Shown here piece by piece: positions 61,233 through 64,000 of a DNA stretch of 64,000 nucleotides. The stretch covers positions 1,504,001-1,568,000 of the forward strand of contig OZ242351.1 in NCBI GenBank assembly GCA_965208675.1, written 5' to 3'. Numbering within the stretch: position 1 is the stretch's first letter; each line of letters opens with the position of its first letter. Position numbers and translations under genes: made by a program. Under the pieces are notes generated by a model. That model had not been told where the DNA came from, did not search any database, and worked only from the letters and a program-made list of their open reading frames with translations. The DNA is from Candidatus Poribacteria bacterium (GTDB lineage Bacteria; Poribacteria; WGA-4E; PCPOR2b).

Positions 61233-62801
61233 TTAGATTGGCAGTGTAATTATGAAAGCCGTGCCATGGGTTAGCGCGGCATCAACTTCAATAGTACCGC
61301 CGTGTTCTTCTATAACCTCTCGACTGATTGCTAGTCCAAGACCTGTTCCTTTCTGCTTGGTAGTAAAAAACGGATCGAACAGATGCGGCACGATATCCGG
61401 AGAGATACCGGCGCCCGAGTCCTGTACACGAATCTGAACATTCCTTTTTTCTGACGCTTCCGTTCCGATAGGAGGCTGCTTCGAGTGGGCCTCAGCGCTA
61501 ACGCCATCACATTGGGTTTGGATCGTCAACACCCCGCCTTTTTCCATGGATTCGATTGCGTTCCGGAACAGATTCAGTAGCACTTGCGTCAACCTATCCG
61601 CATCGACGACGACGGGCGGACAGTCGTCCCATCGCCTGTATTGGACATGAATCCGGTTTTGATCGAAATCGGGTTGACAGATGGATAGGCCATTTTCGAT
61701 AATCTCGTGAAGGTTGTGCAGCTTAAAATTCGTGGGATGCCCCTTGCCAAAGGTGAGCAACTGTTCGATAACGCCATTTAGGCGGTCCACCTCTTTAATG
61801 ATGACGTCGATACACGCTTTAGTTTCAGGATACGATTCACTTTCGAGTTCGAGGAGTTGCGCCGCCCCGCGAATGCCGCCAAGCGGATTCCTAACCTCGT
61901 GGGCTACAGTAGTGGCGAGCTTGCCGAGCGTTGCAAGCCGTTCGGATTGGACGAGCGAATCAATCATCTCCTGTATCTTAACGCGTTGACCCAAAATTGA
62001 AGCGATAATAGTCAAAATGCGAAGGTCGTCTTGCGCGGAGAATTCATCTGACGCCTTATCGACTGTTAATGTCGCCGCCACCTGTTCATCAACGATGACG
62101 GGGATACACCAGAATGCAATTGAATCTTTGGATTGAACCGAAGTTGCATCGGGGAGATCGAGTTGCTGAAGCGGTTTGCGTGTATGCGGGACGCCAATCG
62201 CCTTACCGGAATCCAAAACTTTCTGCTGAATCTCGTGGATTTGACTGTCTGTGCCGCGCCGCAGTTCTGCTTTCGTCAATCCAAATACGGCGCCCATAGT
62301 CCTTGTTCGTTTACCATCGTGCCAGATTCTCAGTGTGCCTCGATACACTCGCATTCGGTTCGCGAGGATTTTCATAATTTCTTGGAAAAGTTCGTCCAGT
62401 TCTAAAGCGGCATTTGCGGCTTTGCCAACTTCAAAAAGCGTTGCGAGGTCGCGCACCCGACTGCCAAGGTTTTGGAGTTCCTCTTCATTTGTATCTCGAT
62501 TTAATTCGGACAATCGTAGTGTACGAGTGATTACCAGCGCGATGAAGGGATACACAGTGGCAACAACCGTCGTCACTCCGGCAACGTACATCTGATCATA
62601 AAAGAGGACGATATACAGCCAATTTGCAAAGGTTGTTAAAGCAACTAACACCGCTTGCCCGATCCGTCCGCTATATTTTCCCGCAAGGATCATGATTCCG
62701 TAGTAGATGTGCATCACAATTTCGTAGCCTTGCGGATAATTTGAACTGTATATGAAGAGATTGATGAATACAACAAGGGTTGCGAGGAAAGTTGTTTTCA
62801 T
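61233..62801 (-). CDS. Membrane sensor histidine kinase with GAF domain
   Basis: TM helices, GAF, AHEVRNPL, NLFRNA, DSGAG, FDPFFTTK, GTGLGL. Confidence 0.93.
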   Translation of the reverse strand: MKTTFLATLVVFINLFIYSSNYPQGYEIVMHIYYGIMILAGKYSGRIGQAVLVALTTFANWLYIVLFYDQMYVAGVTTVVATVYPFIALVITRTLRLSELNRDTNEEELQNLGSRVRDLATLFEVGKAANAALELDELFQEIMKILANRMRVYRGTLRIWHDGKRTRTMGAVFGLTKAELRRGTDSQIHEIQQKVLDSGKAIGVPHTRKPLQQLDLPDATSVQSKDSIAFWCIPVIVDEQVAATLTVDKASDEFSAQDDLRILTIIASILGQRVKIQEMIDSLVQSERLATLGKLATTVAHEVRNPLGGIRGAAQLLELESESYPETKACIDVIIKEVDRLNGVIEQLLTFGKGHPTNFKLHNLHEIIENGLSICQPDFDQNRIHVQYRRWDDCPPVVVDADRLTQVLLNLFRNAIESMEKGGVLTIQTQCDGVSAEAHSKQPPIGTEASEKRNVQIRVQDSGAGISPDIVPHLFDPFFTTKQKGTGLGLAISREVIEEHGGTIEVDAALTHGTAFIITLPI

Positions 62802-62812
62802 TGCCGGCGAAG

Positions 62813-63424
62813 CTAATTGCGCAAAAAATTATGGAGCATCTTGAGTCCGATGCGGCCGCTTTTTTCCAGATGGAATTGTGTCGCAATGAGGTTCTCGTGC
62901 GCGACGACACTGCAAAATTCAACGCCGTACCTCGTTCTGCCAATGATGTGCGACGGAATCTGGGGAATCGGATAGTAGGAATTTACAAAATAGAAGTGCG
63001 CGGGATTGGGAACATCGTGAAAAAAAGGGTGCGATTGGGTCTGATTCACTTCATTCCAGCCAATCTGCGGCACTTTTGAAGTGCGGTCCGCCTCAAATTT
63101 TTTTACAATACCGGGTAAAATGCCGAGACATTCGGTATTTTCTTCTTCGCTGTGATCGAACAGAATTTGGATGCCGATACAAATCCCCAGCATCGGTTTA
63201 CCGGCACTATATACCTGCTTCAAAGTCTCAGAGAGCCCTGCCGCCTCCAGGTTGTCCATGGTTGCCCGTGCTGCGCCGACACCGGGGAAAATCACCTTGT
63301 CGGCAGACAGAATGGTATCGGAATCCGCCGTAATCACTCCATCGTAGCCTAAGTACGTAACAGCGCGTTCAACGCTTGTCAAGTTCCCCGCGCCGTAGTC
63401 GATAATTGCAATCATGGGCACCAC
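62813..63424 (-). CDS. hisH: Imidazole glycerol phosphate synthase glutaminase subunit
   Basis: IIDYGAGNL, PGVG, GICIGIQ, PQIGWN, QFHLEKSG. Confidence 0.95.
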   Translation of the reverse strand: MVPMIAIIDYGAGNLTSVERAVTYLGYDGVITADSDTILSADKVIFPGVGAARATMDNLEAAGLSETLKQVYSAGKPMLGICIGIQILFDHSEEENTECLGILPGIVKKFEADRTSKVPQIGWNEVNQTQSHPFFHDVPNPAHFYFVNSYYPIPQIPSHIIGRTRYGVEFCSVVAHENLIATQFHLEKSGRIGLKMLHNFLRN

Positions 63425-63428
63425 ACGT

Positions 63429-64000
63429 TTAAAGTAGTTTTGTTTGAAAGTTTAAGAATGGGCCATTGAAGTGATGTTGAAGGGTGAAAATTTTAACCCG
63501 CGAAAATAACTCCATAACGTCCATTTGTCCAAACGCCGTCGTCATTCTATAAATGTACAATTCCTTCTCCTCATTACCGTGATAGGGAACGGCAAAGTTC
63601 AGCGTATTGTCTTTAACATCGGGGTACTGATTTGGGTTCAGGATGTTTCCACCCGCTTTTACTTCGGTCATCACTCGGAATCGTAGTTTAACCGATGCGT
63701 TTTCCACATTTCTTGTCTTACTGAAGGTCTCTTGCTCGCTGAACAGATTCAGCAGTTTTTGTTTCATCGAAGCTGAGAACGATACCCCAAGTTCATCAAG
63801 CCGTTCTTCCAATGCTTGACCGAATGACTCAGATATTAGGGTTGAAACAGGTACCGTCTCAAAGAATTTTCCGTGGCCTAAGCAAACCTTCACGTTTGGT
63901 CCGCTTCTGCCACGAATCAAGTAAAATACTTGCCGAATGGGTAAGGAAAGAATGTCATCGCCCGCTTGCAGCATCTGTGTCCGGATGATGTTTTCTGCCC
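63429..64000 (-). CDS. Hypothetical protein, probably 5'-truncated by the window edge
   Basis: The reading frame stays open upstream of ATG 63974 to the window end (AENIIRTQM...). Confidence 0.7.
   Translation of the reverse strand, partial: AENIIRTQMLQAGDDILSLPIRQVFYLIRGRSGPNVKVCLGHGKFFETVPVSTLISESFGQALEERLDELGVSFSASMKQKLLNLFSEQETFSKTRNVENASVKLRFRVMTEVKAGGNILNPNQYPDVKDNTLNFAVPYHGNEEKELYIYRMTTAFGQMDVMELFSRVKIFTLQHHFNGPFLNFQTKLL

Overview
This bacterial window is gene-dense, contains no rRNA, tRNA, cas or transposase genes that I can recognise, and has a gene mix (PQQ/NHL/TPR propellers, PhyH, Gfo/Idh/MocA, C-type lectins, membrane-fused ECF sigma factors) suggestive of a PVC- or Poribacteria-like organism (inference only). 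The left part holds a partial PQQ-propeller gene, oxidoreductases, a TPR lipoprotein and an unusual hybrid succinate dehydrogenase cluster (sdhA-sdhB1-sdhC-sdhB2-hdrB/sdhE). The 23-48 kb stretch is an accessory region. It contains two disrupted genes, REP-like palindromes and a tandemly duplicated S9 peptidase. Between the two peptidase copies lie four degenerate 37-bp CRISPR-like repeats, and two of them enclose a complete EEP-family gene as a 1,195-bp 'spacer'. Further on are three paralogous transmembrane ECF sigma factors with swapped extracellular modules (Cys-less redoxin or C-type lectin), each preceded by the same AAC-N18-GTCTA promoter motif, plus a sigma-less twin of the lectin module. 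The right part is mostly housekeeping or metabolic: a methyltransferase, tandem LivK-like binding proteins, an outer-membrane protein, UDG, MFS, bioD, manA, PhyH, an NtrC-like regulator with a GAF kinase, and hisH. All functional calls are from motif reading, not database searches.
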